NCBI RefSeq assembly: GCF_006345805.1
Contig: NW_021836295.1
Span: 1-64,000, forward strand
Reading direction: 5' to 3'
Length of the DNA stretch: 64,000 nucleotides
Origin: Octopus sinensis
Lineage: Eukaryota
Shown: piece after piece, positions 36,294 through 55,384 of the stretch
How the letters are laid out: each line of letters begins with the position of its first letter
Position numbering within the stretch: the first letter of the stretch is position 1
Notes under the pieces: generated by a model
Databases searched by the model: none
What the model was told of the DNA's origin: nothing
Seen by the model: only the letters and a program-made list of their open reading frames with translations
Made by a program: the position numbers and the translations under genes

Positions 36294-37727
36294 TTATTAT
36301 TCATTCATTCGCTTCTTTCATATTTTCTATTATGTTGGTCGTTTTTTTTTTCTTTTTGTAGGTCATTCAACAACTTGACTGTGAATTTATTTATGTTTAG
36401 TGTGATTGGTATAATATTATAACTGTCTGAAAATGTAAGGTGATATCGATATAAAATGAAGCTTTGAATTAGATGTGTTTAGTTATGTAACCTTTTAAGT
36501 TCCCGAGTTCAAATTATCTCCCCGGAATCGACTTCGCCTTTAACCTGTCCGGGAGTTGATGAAATAGGTAGAAGACAAATACTGGGCCGATTATATAGTC
36601 TATACATATATACATATATACATACATAAAATCATGCATATAGGCACTGTATTGTAGAAGCTCTGAAGAAGTCATAGTGTGAAGCACAAACACTCAGCTC
36701 AGAGACGAGTACCTCTTATAGCAGAAACAGCTGCCAGATAATGAAATTCATTGCATATATTTTTTGTTCCCTTATCAATTAAGTTTATATCTCGTTATTC
36801 TGAGGCATGTGTATATTAAACTCTAACACAACGTTTTCAGAATTGCTATATTTAAGTGACTTAGATATATATATATATATATATATAGTACGTTTAAAAA
36901 TTAGAACAAAAGCAACAACAACAAAAACAAAATACAAATTACAAGAATGTATATAACCAGAAGATACAAATATTACAAGCATCCCCCCACACACACACTA
37001 AATAAACATAGACGCACATAGAGATATAAGCATGCGCAAATGAAGACATACAATAGAAATACAAAATGGCTGACGGTTAGTAAGGAGAGACACAAATAAG
37101 TGAGAAGAAAACAAAGGACCACTGATGCGGTCACAGGAGTGTGACGAAAGAACTTTGGCCGAAATAAGATTAAGATTAATGTAAAAACTAAATATCACTG
37201 AAGCAAAATAACACCAAATATATAGTGCGTGTGTTTTTATTGGCTAAACTGGCAATATGACCATTCCGAAATATAACAATATATATATATATATATATAT
37301 ATATGTACCTTTAACCTTTAAAGGTATTTTTTAATATGCTGGCCATTGATAAAATTTCTTTTCGAAAAAAATCTTATCCTACATTAGATGTAAATTTTAT
37401 AGTGTTCACTTCCGGACGCTCTCACTCTGTGAAAGTTTCTAGTTCGAATCACACGTGTCTCGAGATGTGCTGATGATTTCCTATTTTGGATATATTTGGG
37501 GTACTTAGGTCTGCTCAGTACTTAGTGCTTGCTTTTTTTATGTTTTACGTATTTATCGCTGAGGATGAGAAAATTTTTATAAATTAACTCTAAAATTGGG
37601 ACCAATGCGGTAATAACGGAATTTTTGAGAAATTTCTATCAGCTTGTTTTGAGACGCATAGATTATACTGGTTATTGACAATTTGTCTATTTTCGGCATA
37701 TTTGGTATTAGAATTTTTCTTTTGCCC

Positions 37728-38110
37728 TTATTTTGCTGGAGCACCGCCTTTAGTCGAGCAAATCGACCCCAGGACTTATTCTTTGTAAGTCTAGTACTTA
37801 TTTCTATCGGACCCTTTTGCCGAACTGCTAAGGTACGGGGACGTAAACACACCAGTATCGGTTGTCAAGCGATGTTGGGGGGACAAACACAGACGCACAG
37901 ACACACATACACACATATATGTATATATATATATACATATACACACATACGACAGGCTTCTTTTCTGTCTCCGTCTATCAGATCCACTCACAAGGCTTTG
38001 GTCGGCATGAGGCTATAGTAGAAACACTTGCCCAAGATGCCACGCAGTGGGACTGAACCCGGAACCATGTGGTTTGTAAGCAAACTACATACCACACAGC
38101 CACTCCTGCA
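37728..38110 (-). mobile_element. SINE family B, tail lost
   Basis: Homology from GCTGGAGCACCGCC to GCCACTCCTGCACC. Confidence 0.87.
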
Positions 38111-38646
38111 CCTATATGTTCAAACACATATTGAAACAGTTGTAGTGTACTTGAAATTGCAACCGACGTGCAGTAATTCGGTACTTTATCCAATAACCCA
38201 CAACACCTCTACTTGATAAGTAAAATATCATCATTGAATATTTGGCTGAACAGAAGAACCTTACAGATAAAGGATCTACTGGATTTTCTTTGGAATTAAA
38301 ATACATCGAAAGGCTTTGGTTTTTTCAATCTCCAATCTTCGAGTTGCTCTAATCTCGCATTCAGTGTGGCTTCGTCTCATATGAGGTATTTTCAACTGCA
38401 TGTTTGATGATGTCCATCTCCAGATGCCGCTTAACAATTTTCTAGTAATGTTTATCGACCTCACAACTGAATTTATCCTACGTCAGGACTAGTGCTGTCC
38501 TATTGCAGTAATTCCATGTCTTTCGAGATTGAAGGCGGGAAGTGAGGAAAAATCATGAGTGGTAGTTTATTGCAATAAGAAGCATTACACCAAATAGTTG
38601 GTTTGTCTTCAGATTGGCGACGTGGCCCAAATACTTCCAGCTGAGT

Positions 38647-38940
38647 TGTTTGTTCCTTCTCGAGCCATGTCTGGCTCATAAGGGCCGATTTCCCGGTTTC
38701 ATTGGTTCTCCACCAGGACGGAACTCCGGTCTGTCACGGGTTAGCTGCAGGATGCAGGAGGAAAGTGTGAGAGAAAATTGTGTCGAAAGAGTCAGCAGAC
38801 GTTCGCCATTACCTTCTGTTGGACCCGCCTGGAGCTTAGGTGTTTCGCTCATAAACACACATCGCCCGGTCTAAGATTCGGACCCGTGATCCCTCGACCG
38901 CGAGTCCGCTGCTCTAGCCACAAGGCCATGTGCCTCCACT
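38647..38940 (-). mobile_element. SINE family C with 12-bp TSD
   Basis: TTCCAGCTGAGT at 38635-38646 and 38941-38952; homolog of 27805-28106. Confidence 0.92.
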
Positions 38941-39284
38941 TTCCAGCTGAGTAGATCCCGCTAAAAGTACGGCGGTAGTGACCTTAAACCAGACAAAGCA
39001 TTAAATCTATCACTTAATGACTGGTATGTCTAGATGTATTCAACACAGTTTCCGTCTACCCAGCAAAACTTACTAATTCGCATAAACCTGAACCGTTATA
39101 GCAAAGCTACAAAGGCCGAGGGGACGGACGGACACTCCACGTCGGTTGCCTGGTGGTTGTAGCCTGTTTGTAAGTAAGAACTTACCAATCAGTCTGATAG
39201 CTCTCTTTAATCGGAAATGTGGTCGTGGCCTGGGGTTTGGAATGTTTCAGAATGTGTGTGGGAGAGAAAGAAGGAAGAGGAAAG

Positions 39285-39343
<59 letters not shown>

Positions 39344-39803
39344 GTGTGCGTGCGTGTGTATGTGTGGCAGATGTTTCATCGTTCGTGTGAGCAGTACAGC
39401 ATACTCAAGTGAAAATTGCACTTGTGCTTTTTGAAAGGGTTAACAACTTCTCACAGCTGAAGTAGTTAGTGGCCCTTGTCGTCTAGTCTACTATCGATGT
39501 ATCCCTCACATCTTTTTACAGTTGTACGTATGCACTTCAAATATAAACCTACCCAAAACCTCTACCCTCAGTATAATATGACATTCCATCAGCCCCTAGC
39601 CACACAGCATCCTCGCTACTTATCTACTTCACAGAGATGAAGTAATTTCTTTGCAGTCCTCTCAAACATTCATCAGATATACACACTTACATAAATACAT
39701 ACATATACACGTAAATTCATGCATACATAAATTCTTACATATATATACTTATATACATGCAAACGTTCATTCATAAATATATATACATATATATATATAC
39801 ATA

Positions 39804-39857
<54 letters not shown>

Positions 39858-40197
39858 TACATACATATATTTATATATATATATGTGTGTGTGTATGTAT
39901 GTATGTATGTATATATACGTATGTATATATATATGCATTCATAAGGACATATCAACGTATACATGTGCAGGCAGAGACACATTTATAGGTATGTGCATAT
40001 GATATGCATGCAAGCATGCATCTGTGATTGCCAGCCGAGCCGACTCCCGTAATGCTGTTTATTATGGCGTACATTAACACACACATAGATGCGTATATAT
40101 ACTGATGACAGCGTAAGAATAGTTATTTCTACGTACATATACATACATGAGTACATATATACATATATATATATATGCATACATACATGAGTACATA

Positions 40198-40229
<32 letters not shown>

Positions 40230-40322
40230 CATGAGTACGTATATATATATATATACACATATTCGCACACATTTTCTTTGTACATATTTGTAAATGTTTG
40301 TACATATATGTGTGTCTTTGTA

Positions 40323-40357
<35 letters not shown>

Positions 40358-40849
40358 GTGTGTGTGTTTGTGCACAAACTTACGCACATAGGCATACGCA
40401 CGTACACGTACACACACACATATACACACACAATTATATATATATATATAACACAACCACATTCTAATTAAGCTCGCCAATTCCTGGCCTCGACCGCCCC
40501 ATCTACTTTACGTTTGCAATAATGTCCATTGTCTTGTCCATACATCTAGCGAACATACACAAATGTCCAGTCTCCACCATGTAACGGTCAATACTTGCCA
40601 TTACCGTTTGATACCGTACAGTTAGTTTATGCCGTTCCGCCACAGATATTCGCACGGACGCACAGAACTGGACCAAACAGCCTCGTGTCGTCACATCTCA
40701 TTGTTTCTCCTCCGAACTGACCCCCGTTCTCTGTTATTTTCTCATTATCTTCTTTGTTTCTTCTCTTATTTCCTTTCACTCGCCGACCCCACCCCCTTGC
40801 TATTTTTTATATTAAAAACAATCCGTGTACATGTATCTGAATATCTCTC

Positions 40850-40967
40850 AATCAATTATCTATCTATTTATCTCTCGGTCTGTCATCCAATCTATCTATC
40901 TATCCATCTATCTATCTGTCTATCTATTTATTTATCTATCTATCAATTTATGTATCTATCTTTCCAC

Positions 40968-41028
<61 letters not shown>

Positions 41029-41037
41029 CATCTATCC

Positions 41038-41091
<54 letters not shown>

Positions 41092-41100
41092 TTATTTAGT

Positions 41101-41172
<72 letters not shown>

Positions 41173-41380
41173 ATCTATCTATCTATATACATACATATAA
41201 CTTTATATTTGTGTAGGTATGTCTGTCTTTTGTATCTGTATATTTTTACCTACTGATTTTTCTATCTATATCTATAAATGTGCATATTACCTTTATGCCT
41301 ATACCTGTGTATCTCTCCCTCTCTCAGTCTGTCTATCTGTCTATCAATTTTCTTCACATCATACATATATACATATACAT

Positions 41381-41412
<32 letters not shown>

Positions 41413-41426
41413 TATATATAATATAT

Positions 41427-41507
<81 letters not shown>

Positions 41508-41660
41508 TGTATGTATGTATGTATGTATGTGTGTGTATGTATGTAAAAGCATATATATGTGTGTATGTGTCGAGATATGAACCATATATACTTGTCTACA
41601 TATACATCTACATACATACATACATACATACATACATACATACATACATACATACATTTG
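40850..41660. repeat. (TATC)n-(TA)n-(TATG)n tract (uninterrupted potential LINE target)
   Basis: Direct observation. Confidence 0.92.
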
Positions 41661-41794
41661 TGACATACAGACGTACATGCATATGAAATATATGTTTACG
41701 TGTGTATGTGTCGAGAGATATGAACCAATACAACTAATTTAATGCGTTATATTTTCTCACCGTTTCCATACATTCTTCACCTTCAAACTCACAT

Positions 41795-41826
<32 letters not shown>

Positions 41827-42474
41827 CTTCACGTCCCTCTTGCACACATCACGCAGACACAAGCCGATGCTCCCGCATATTTTAGTCACTATGGCTAAAA
41901 GAAACCAAAGAACGAAAGTACAAACATACGCGTCTGCGTCCTCTCTCTGTGTCTCTCTCACACACGCGCACACATATACTGTCTCTCTTTCTCATTCACT
42001 TTTTCTCTTTCTTTGTTTCTTTCTTTCTTTGTTTTTCTTTTTCTTCGTCTCACCCACGTACAGATACTGTCCTTTATTGCAATTCCTACCAAAAAAAAAA
42101 AAAATATCAATATTCTATGTTTATTATTGCAGGAATCTCTGCTCGACCGACACCTTTGGCAATTTTGTCCACTCGGACAAATTGTCCACTCGGCTGACCA
42201 TTGGTCTGAAAATGAACTTATTTGTGACAGAGGCGGATAAGCATGAGTGGTGAAACTGGTGTAAATAGATTGTGCGATGGTGGGATAAAACAGGGAGAGT
42301 GGGAAGAGACACAGCAAGCAGAAAAGACATACAAGGCATTATATTAACAAGTGAATACGTGTAAGGGTACAAAATAGGCACGAGCAAACGCACTAATAAA
42401 TATACAGTTACATACACACATATTATCTTTGGCGGGGGCGGAGTCACATATAAGTTTTATTACATTTATTTCGG

Positions 42475-42850
42475 ATCGTGGCACTCCGTCGGTTATGACG
42501 ACGAGGGTTCCAGTTGATCCGATCAACGGAACAGCCCTGCTCGTGAAATTAACGTGCAAGTGGCCGAGCACTCCACAGTCACGTGTACCCTTAACGTAGT
42601 TCTCGGGGACATTCAGCGGGACACAGTGTGTAACAAGGCCGGCCCTTGGAAATACAGGTACAACAGAAACAGGAAGAAAGAGTGAGGGAAAGTTGTGGGG
42701 AAAGAGTACAGCAGGGTTCGCCTCTACTCCCTGCCGGAACCTCGTGAAGGTTTAGGTGTTTTCGCTCAATAAACGCAGGGTCTGAGAATCAACCCCGCGA
42801 TCCTATGACCGCAAATATGTTGCCCTAACCACTGGGTAATTGCGCTTCCA
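42475..42850 (-). mobile_element. SINE family C2 with probable 9-bp TSD
   Basis: TTATTTCGG at 42466-42474 and 42851-42859; homolog of 2989-3368. Confidence 0.87.
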
Positions 42851-42970
42851 TTATTTCGGCCTAAAACTTGCCTGATCAGCAAACATTGAGTAACGACTCA
42901 GCTTTCGAAATATTCCTACCTACGTACATATACACATACATTCATTCTCACATGTGCAATATATATAATA

Positions 42971-43037
<67 letters not shown>

Positions 43038-43101
43038 GTACATATGTGTGTGTGTGAGGGAGAGAGAGTATATGTAGATAGATAGTTATACAGACACACA
43101 C

Positions 43102-43145
<44 letters not shown>

Positions 43146-43688
43146 AATATATGCATATATACATACATATATGTACATACCTAAATATAAGTGTATATAT
43201 GCATGCATGAATATACAGATACAATACCAATATTCTACAGAACTTTTTAATAATTCCTTCTGGAAACTATCTTTAACATTTTCTTGAGAATGTATATTTA
43301 TGTTGTCATCTTTTGTGCCCAATATTTTAAGGAACTTGTTAAACTTTTTTGTGTTCTTAACATGTTCTTGTTACCAAAGACTGTATATATGTATTGTAGC
43401 ATTTTGTGACAACCAATAATTAACACAACCAAACTATTACACGTTACTTTTGACAAACTTTTTCTAAAGAGTGAAACCGGTAAAGTAAATAAACATCTTT
43501 TAAAATTGCATTTTCAAATCTTCTTTCGTATATAATTCCACTCGTGCGGTACCTTACAACTCTACTATGTTATATATATATATATATATACTATATATAT
43601 ATATTCTCTAGTTTTTAGCTCATATATATATGCACACACACACACACATATATATATGCATACACACACACACTCATTTTAGTATAAG

Positions 43689-44122
43689 CACAGACGTAGC
43701 TGTGTGATTAGTATTTTGCTTCCGAATCACGTGGTTCTTGGTTCAATCCCACAGCGTGACATCTTGGGCATATGTCATCTACTATAGACTCGGGTCAGCC
43801 AAAGCCGTGTGAGTGGATTTCGTAGACGGAAACTAAAAGAAGCCCTTCGTACACACACATACATACACATATATATGTGTGTTTATATGTATGTAAGTGT
43901 GTGTGTGCATGTGTGTGTAGGTGTGTGTGTGACCACCGCTTGACAACCGGAGTTGGTGTGTTTATGTCTCCGTAACATAGTGGTTCGGCATAAGAGACCG
44001 ACAGAATAAGCACCAATCTTAAAAATATATAAATACTGGTTTTGATTCGCTCGGTTAAAATTCTTCAAAACAATGCCCCAGCATGGCCGCAGTCTAATGA
44101 CTGAAACAAGTAAAAGATAAGA
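43689..44122 (+). mobile_element. SINE family B, older copy
   Basis: Diverged head, core and GACTGAAACAAGTAAAAGATAAGA tail. Confidence 0.8.
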
Positions 44123-44539
44123 ATAATATATCACATGTGTGGATCTGTGTGTATATGTATGCGTGTTTCTGCGTGCATGTACGTTCGTGTGTATGTGTGT
44201 GTGTGAGTGTGCGTGCGTGTGTGTGTAGTGGAGTTTGTTTATTGTGACCACTTTTAAATGATGGATCCTTATGAAATAAAAAACAATCGTTTGCTAACAT
44301 TATCCTTCATTATAAGAGGTTTCCATTATGTATACATCTGTCTTTGTATGTGAGAGTGTGTGTTTGTGTGCGCGCGCGTGTGTTTGTATGAGTGTCTTCG
44401 AAGGAGAGGAGGAGAGACACTAATTGGGAGAGACAGGCCGAGAGAGTGAGAGAGAGAGAGAGAGAGCGAGATACGAAATATGCGAGACAGTCGAATATAA
44501 AGAGAAACCGCGATATAGTAAAATAGACAGATAGAAAGG

Positions 44540-44803
44540 AAGGAAGAAAGAGGGGAAGAAAGAAAAAGAAAGAAAGGGAGGGAGGGAGGAAGGAAGGAAG
44601 GAATGATGGATGGAAGGAAGGAAGGAAGAGGGAAAGAAAGAAAAAGAAAGAAAGGGAGGGAGGGAGGGAGGGAGGAAGGAAGGAAGGAAGGAAGGAAGGA
44701 CGGAAGGAAGGAAGGAAGGAAGGAAGGAAGAAAGAAAGAAAAAAGAAAGAAAAAGAAAGAAAGGGGGAGGAAGGAAGAAGAAAGAAAGAGAAAAGAAAGA
44801 AAT

Positions 44804-44843
<40 letters not shown>

Positions 44844-44920
44844 GAAGGAAGGAAGGAAGGAAGGAAGGAAGGAAGGAAGAAAGAATGGAAGGAAGGAAAG
44901 AAGAAAGAAAGGAAGAATGA

Positions 44921-44960
<40 letters not shown>

Positions 44961-45055
44961 AGAAAGGGAAGAAATGAAGAAAGAAAGAAAGACAGAAAGA
45001 AAGAAAGAAAGGAAGAAAGAAAGGAAGAAAGAAAGAAAGAATGAAAGAACGAAAA
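44540..45055. repeat. Polypurine (GAAA/GGAA/GGGA)n tract
   Basis: Direct observation. Confidence 0.95.
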
Positions 45056-46524
45056 GAAAGACTAAGTTGATGAATCTTGTTCTCTATACCTTAGCAAACT
45101 CTCTTTCTCTCTGTCTCTTACCCCGAAAGCAGCCGTAGGTGGCAGCACCAACAGTCGCCAGTCAAATTTCCCACGTGTAAAATAGAAAGAAAGAGAGACA
45201 GAAGGAAAGTGAGAACTTTGGAAATGAAAACTGTAGTTTGAGAAAAAAATCAAATTAAAATAGGAAGGGAAAAAAAAAAACCCGGAAAACCTGAAGAAAG
45301 GAAAGAAGGGAAGAAACCAGTGAACGTACCAACCAACCAACCAACCAACCAGCTATCCAAATCAACCAGCCACCAAACCAGTCAGCTTGCCCGCCGAGTT
45401 TTAGGAATATAAAAGGGGTCAGCTCGATGTAAGCGAAAAGGGACATGCAGACGATCATCGGCTAAGAAATACACTATTGTATTTCTTCATTTACTTGCAT
45501 CATCACTGAAAATTCTCGTCTCCATTACCGCCACCGCCACCACCAACACCACCACCACCACCATCAGAGATCTCTACATAAGAAAAACTACCACAGCCCC
45601 TCCATCCCCTACCGTCGTGGTAGCCATTAACCACTTCACATTGATTGACCATCAGCCGTAGGACAATCAACGTTCTTTAGTAGCTTTCTCCCCACCCACC
45701 TCCAACCCTATACAAAAATGTGCAAATACCACACATTCGCCATCATCGTTCTTAGGACCGGCCATCCGCATCTCCGCCAACACCGTCACCACCACCACCA
45801 CCACCATCAGCACGAACATCAACACCGACTCCACGTTACGAACTACACTATCGGCAACATCAGCTTCAATATACGCACCAGCACCGCCATAGACAGGCTC
45901 CGCTATCTAGAGCTGTCATGCCATCTATAGCATCATCTTTTCCATTAATAGCGCAGCAACCAACGATATCACCACCACTGCTAAATATTATGACTTGCCA
46001 CCACCTCCACCATCATCACCCCCCCCCCCACCACCACCACCACCATCATCACCACCACCAATAATACCCACAATATCACCACCGCTAATATTCTCACTTG
46101 CCACCACTTTCACCATCACCACCACCACCAATGTCACCAGTACGCCCCACCATGGTCAATATCACCACGATCACCACCAACAACTACAATATCAAAAGCG
46201 AACGCAACCACAGATAGCACTTCCGTGATCTACATTATCACCCGTTTAACCAATAGCGCCGAGACCATCGTCACCACAACCGCCTATATTATCAGCACCA
46301 CCACCACCACCACCGATATCACCACTACCACCACAACCACCACCACAACCACCACCTCAACCACCACTTACCACCATCACCAGCGATAACTCTTCCACAA
46401 TGACCTCATCCCGCTCTTAACACCGCCACCAATAAACACCGCAACCTTTACCCCCAACCACTACGACCCAACCACAACATCACAATTATAGCCACTACCA
46501 TTTGCCAATACCATCTGCTATTAC

Positions 46525-46950
46525 GCAATTACTCGACCTGCTAGAAATAGGAGCCAAGATCACCTTCAAATTTCACCCTAATGTTCAAAAATTGCAAGAA
46601 CTTTAGATGACGCAGTCTACAAGATGGTCACGTTTGGAATGTGCTTGATCGTTAGCTTACGCTCAATGCTGACCTTAAGCTAAACTACACGCAAGTACAA
46701 CAACATCAACAGCAACTATAAATACAATAAATACACTACAACCACCATCACATCTAAAAATGCGTAAGTAGCCTTTAAGTACTCAACCTGCTAGAAAAAG
46801 TAACAAAATTTCCCTCAAGCATACCTTACTGTCTTCTATAAGGGCGTGTCACCTTAGAGAGTGTACATCTACATATTTCAAGACGGACGGGATAGTCATC
46901 ATTGAAATGCTTTTGATCATAACTGTGATCGACCCGGGGCTAAAATCTTA
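46525..46950 (+). repeat. Two diverged copies of an unclassified interspersed repeat (also a fragment at about 8380-8520)
   Basis: TACTC(G/A)ACCTGCTAGAAA at about 46530 and 46780; GATGGTCAC..TGGAATG..TTGATC also at about 8468. Confidence 0.5.
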
Positions 46951-47413
46951 CTACAACAATAATGGCTCTCACCACCACCGCCACACTATACCACTGTCAA
47001 TAACACTTTATCACCACAAAAATAACCACTAACACCACCACCGCCACAACTACTACCACTATATATAATATTATAACCATCACCATTCGATCACCATAGC
47101 ACCCCCACCACCACAGCCATCACCACCACCACAACCATCCCACCACCACAGCCATCACCACCACCACAGCCATCACCACCACCACAACCTCCACTACCAC
47201 CACAGTCATCATCACCATCACAACCATCACCACCACAGCTATCACCCCACTACCACCACCATTACCACCACAATCAATAACATTATAACTACATCTACAA
47301 CAACTAACAACATTTAAGCCACAGCAATAACAACATAAACAGAACAATAGAACCGACATTATCGCGGACAATACAACAGCACCAACATCACCGACACAAA
47401 CACAATAACATCG

Positions 47414-47444
<31 letters not shown>

Positions 47445-47870
47445 CGGCACACAAGCCCAATAACATCGTCAACAGCAGCAACAACAGCAAAGGCCAACGC
47501 AATGACCACCAGAGCCAAGTTGCATTTGGCTAAATATTATATGTGACAATGAAAGCTAGACTAGAATGTCCGGTATAATTGTGAAGAGATTTTATGGCCG
47601 GTAGTAATTGTTGTCCAGGATGCGCTGGTTTGTAAGACTGTGTAGTTGCAGCGGAAAATGAACAATTATTGAGCTGCATCTGATGTGCACATCTATAAAC
47701 ATTGTATAAACATTAGCACGGTCAGGTTTCTTCCTCGATGTAAATATATTCTTGTCTTCCTCTGCCTGGGAAAAAAAAGCGGAAATGTTTAAAGAGCAGA
47801 GCAGATGCAGTAACAAACAACATACATACATATATACATGCATACATACATACATACATACATACATACA

Positions 47871-47906
<36 letters not shown>

Positions 47907-47939
47907 TATATATATGTATAGAAATTAAATATAAAATAT

Positions 47940-48290
47940 AAATTACAAAGTGGGACAAGAACGCAAAAACACACAAGGAGACGACACAAAAAAACAGACG
48001 GGTCACTCGAAGCCTCTAATCTTCAGTCGGGAACCGGATCATCCTAGTAATTTCGGCTGTTTAATCTCGATATTACTCCGACTCGGCCAGCCCCAAGGAA
48101 AAACCAAGCCACAGGCATTGGATTTCTTGGAAAGAGGGTCGAATGTATATGGAACAAAGACAGGATGCCACACGAATATAAATACAAGAAACAAAAATAT
48201 ATATAAAAAACAGAAATAAAAAACACGAATGGTGGACAGTACAAGGACAGGAGCGTCTTACGACTTTAGACAATTTTTAACTTATCTTGG
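47940..48290 (-). mobile_element. Penelope-like terminal-repeat fragment
   Basis: Homologous to 54310-54700; carries CTGAAGA-N11-GAGTGACCCGTC on the minus strand. Confidence 0.45.
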
Positions 48291-48337
48291 CTGGCGTATA
48301 TGAAAAAAGAGAGAAATTTATACAGATGGCACGTGAA

Positions 48338-48437
<100 letters not shown>

Positions 48438-48516
48438 GTAGAAAGACAAACAATAGATAATAGACATCGGGAATGTATTGATAGAATGTATAGATTGATA
48501 GATAGATAGAAAGATA

Positions 48517-48588
48517 TGTTTCTTTATTAGCCACACAGGGCTGCACACAGATAGAACAAATTACAAGGTAGAGCTTTTCTTTTGAAGG

Positions 48589-48622
<34 letters not shown>

Positions 48623-49279
48623 AGGGGGAGGTTCGATCAAAAGGGATCGTAAAAGGAGTGAAAGAGGACAAAAATAAGGGGGGTTAAAAAAAAAAAAAAG
48701 GGGGGGGGAGGAAAAAAAATGATCAATAGGGATCGTTATCACAGAAATGTCAATATGAAGTGTAAAGGGGAGGACAGGTGAGGTTTACCCGTGGAAAGAA
48801 AAGCCTGCGGAAAAGACCACGGTAACCTCGGTCAATGAAGTCACATTTTATATTTCTTTTTTTTTTTTTTTTTTTTGCAAATAAGCAACTCTCTGTTTTC
48901 GATTTCTGGGTTCATAGGACTATGCTCAAGGTGGCTTCGTCATTCATACGTGCCATTCTTGCTACATTCACCCATCTTTTTTTAAAACATTCGCTAGACA
49001 AAACTTGCCTCTCTACTCTCACTTCCTTTTCAAGTGGTACTTGAAGAAGTTGATGAGAGATTGACCAGAGAGGAAAGTGTTTGTCTCCAATCCTTTCAGA
49101 CGCGTCCACCAGATACATTCTTTCGCCATAGCCACAAGGATGATGAAAATAGCTCTTCCTTCCCGTTTGAAGGAAGGAGGCGTGACAATATTGACGATAG
49201 ACTCAGCTGATAAACCGACTCGTCCCACACGTGACAGCAGTTGTTCGACATAAGCCCACAGGTCGGAAATTGTTGGACA
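48517..49279 (-). mobile_element. Tx1/L1-clade LINE copy 3, 5'-truncated, 1-nt frameshift near 49035
   Basis: Close homolog of the 3' part of copy 4; ORF pieces 49019-49339 and 48912-49118; AATAAA then (TATC)n. Confidence 0.95.
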
Positions 49280-49307
49280 GAAAGATAGATAGATAGATAG
49301 ATAGATA

Positions 49308-53274
<3,967 letters not shown>

Positions 53275-53309
53275 CAACAGATATCTGGAATGTATTGATA
53301 CGGAAAGTT

Positions 53310-53630
53310 GAGTGTACAATATACATGATGCATTCAAGTCGTAGCTCCACAGCTGTTTCGAGAAGCCGACGACCGATTGATATAACAATGCATATTATGC
53401 AAGCACGTGCAATATTAAGGCAACATTGTATGTAAAGGTTAAAGCAAATGAAAATGTATCAACTGCTGATATTTACAATTCGATGCTGCAGAGTCCCTGC
53501 ATTCTGTTCAGAAGATGAAAGTTACCGACAATGTTGCCATGATATTGCACAGGCATCCGTGTACAGTCGTCGAGTATTCGAAACAGCTGTAGAGACATGA
53601 CTTTACTAAATCTTGTAATTTGTACACGCA
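53310..53630. repeat. Decayed foldback (about 120-bp imperfect arms)
   Basis: CAGCTGTTTCGA..CGACGAC / GTCGTCG..TCGAAACAGCTG and GCAATATTAAGGCAACATTG / CAATGTTGCCATGATATTGC. Confidence 0.65.
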
Positions 53631-53889
53631 CATTTTCATATAAATACGTTCCTTACAGGCATTATTGTTTGGCTGTCTTTTGCATTCTATAGCCCCTCAA
53701 TATTATTCGTTCTTCTTGCCAACATTTCTACCTTTCGATTACAACAACCTGATGAGGAATTAGGAGTTTAAGATCTTGAGCTCTCTTAGCACTACTTGGT
53801 TGCTACCTTAAAATACCATTCGAATATATATTATTACGATATTTACCCTAACTTATATCGGCACAGGTCGATATAGACCCGTATATATG

Positions 53890-53992
<103 letters not shown>

Positions 53993-54018
53993 TGTATGTA
54001 TGTATATATGTATGTATG

Positions 54019-54063
<45 letters not shown>

Positions 54064-54309
54064 CAATAATATATTCCTATTAATATTATTCCTAACTTAC
54101 AGGGAAAAATTCAATTTAGAAATACTAAATCAAATTTCACAAAATATAATATATATATAAAGATTAGAAAAGAACCACCTTTTTAATATATATTATTGTT
54201 ATTTTGTATTTAATATTTCTATTATATGTATTTTCTAGATGGTGTAATTTAATTGTTCATTTTGAATTGACTAAAGGTGTTTTTTTCTAATTTATATATA
54301 TATATATAT

Positions 54310-54700
54310 ATATATAGGTAAACAGTAAAAATAATTACAGACATGGACAAGAACATGAAACACCACAGAGACGACACAAGAACCACAGGACGGGACATTC
54401 GAAGCCCTCAGTCATCAGTCAAGAACCAGATCATCTTAGCAATTTCCGGCTGATTAATCTTGAGATTGCTCCGATATGGCCAGCCCGCCAAGGGAATCTA
54501 AGCCAAGCGCATTAGATCCCCTGGAAGAAAGCTTCGAATGTATACAACGCGAGGACGGAAAACGAACGAAGTACATAAACAAAAATACAGAATACGTGAC
54601 ACCAATAAGAATACAAAAACGTAAAAACAATAACGGTAAAAATAAAAATAAAAAATAAACAACAAAACAAAACCAGGACGTAGGACAAGTATATATATAT
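54310..54700 (-). mobile_element. Penelope-like terminal-repeat fragment
   Basis: CTGATGA-N11-GAATGTCCCGTC on the minus strand; homolog of 47940-48290. Confidence 0.45.
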
Positions 54701-54704
54701 ATAT

Positions 54705-55038
54705 GAGAGACCCCCTTCGGCCATGAGTGACTTTGGGATTGCACCAAGAAAGTTACCCTCCCAGGCTCAAGTCCGGGCAAGGTTGTTTATAGAAGACCAG
54801 CAGTCACTCATGCATACCGACCCCCTCTCTCCACGCCACCAATGTTATCCATGCGAAAGGCAAAGGCCGATACAGCTTAGCACCAGTGATGTCGCAACTC
54901 ATTTCTACAGCTGAGTGAACTGCAACAACATGAAATAAAGTGTCTTGCTCAAGAACACAACACGCAGCCTGTTCCGGGATTCGAACTCACAACCTCACTC
55001 GTAAGCTCCACGCTGTAACCACTAAGCCATGCGCCTTC
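54705..55038 (-). mobile_element. CORE-type SINE family D2, 3' end at (TA)n
   Basis: Head GAAGGCGCATGGCTTAGTGG..GAGTTCGAATCCC; homolog of 30008-30314. Confidence 0.85.
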
Positions 55039-55384
55039 ACACACACATACGCGCACACACACACATGCACACACACACTCACACACACACATACACACAC
55101 ACACATACACACATATATATATATATGTCTTTTCGTGTGTATGTGTATATAGATGTATATAGATATACATGTGTATGTATGTATGTATATGTGTGTGCGT
55201 ATCCGTTGATAAATCTGTGCGTGTGTCTGTCTGAGTGTGTATGTGTGTGTATAGGATGGTGTCGAAGATTTGCCGGTCTTACACTAAGTAAGGCCTATGA
55301 AACCCAAATGAAGAGACATCAGGCACAATGCAGAGGCTATTGAGAAAGCATCTGGATGGCTCTGTGTGAAATGAGGCAATCCGT

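Noticed and set aside
42133-42253. Acceptor-like TTGCAG followed by two short open frames
   Set aside because: No donor or homology found; both frames end within about 40 codons.
44540-45055. Long purine tract with triplex (H-DNA) potential, also 20260-20745
   Set aside because: A generic property of such microsatellites; nothing locus-specific.
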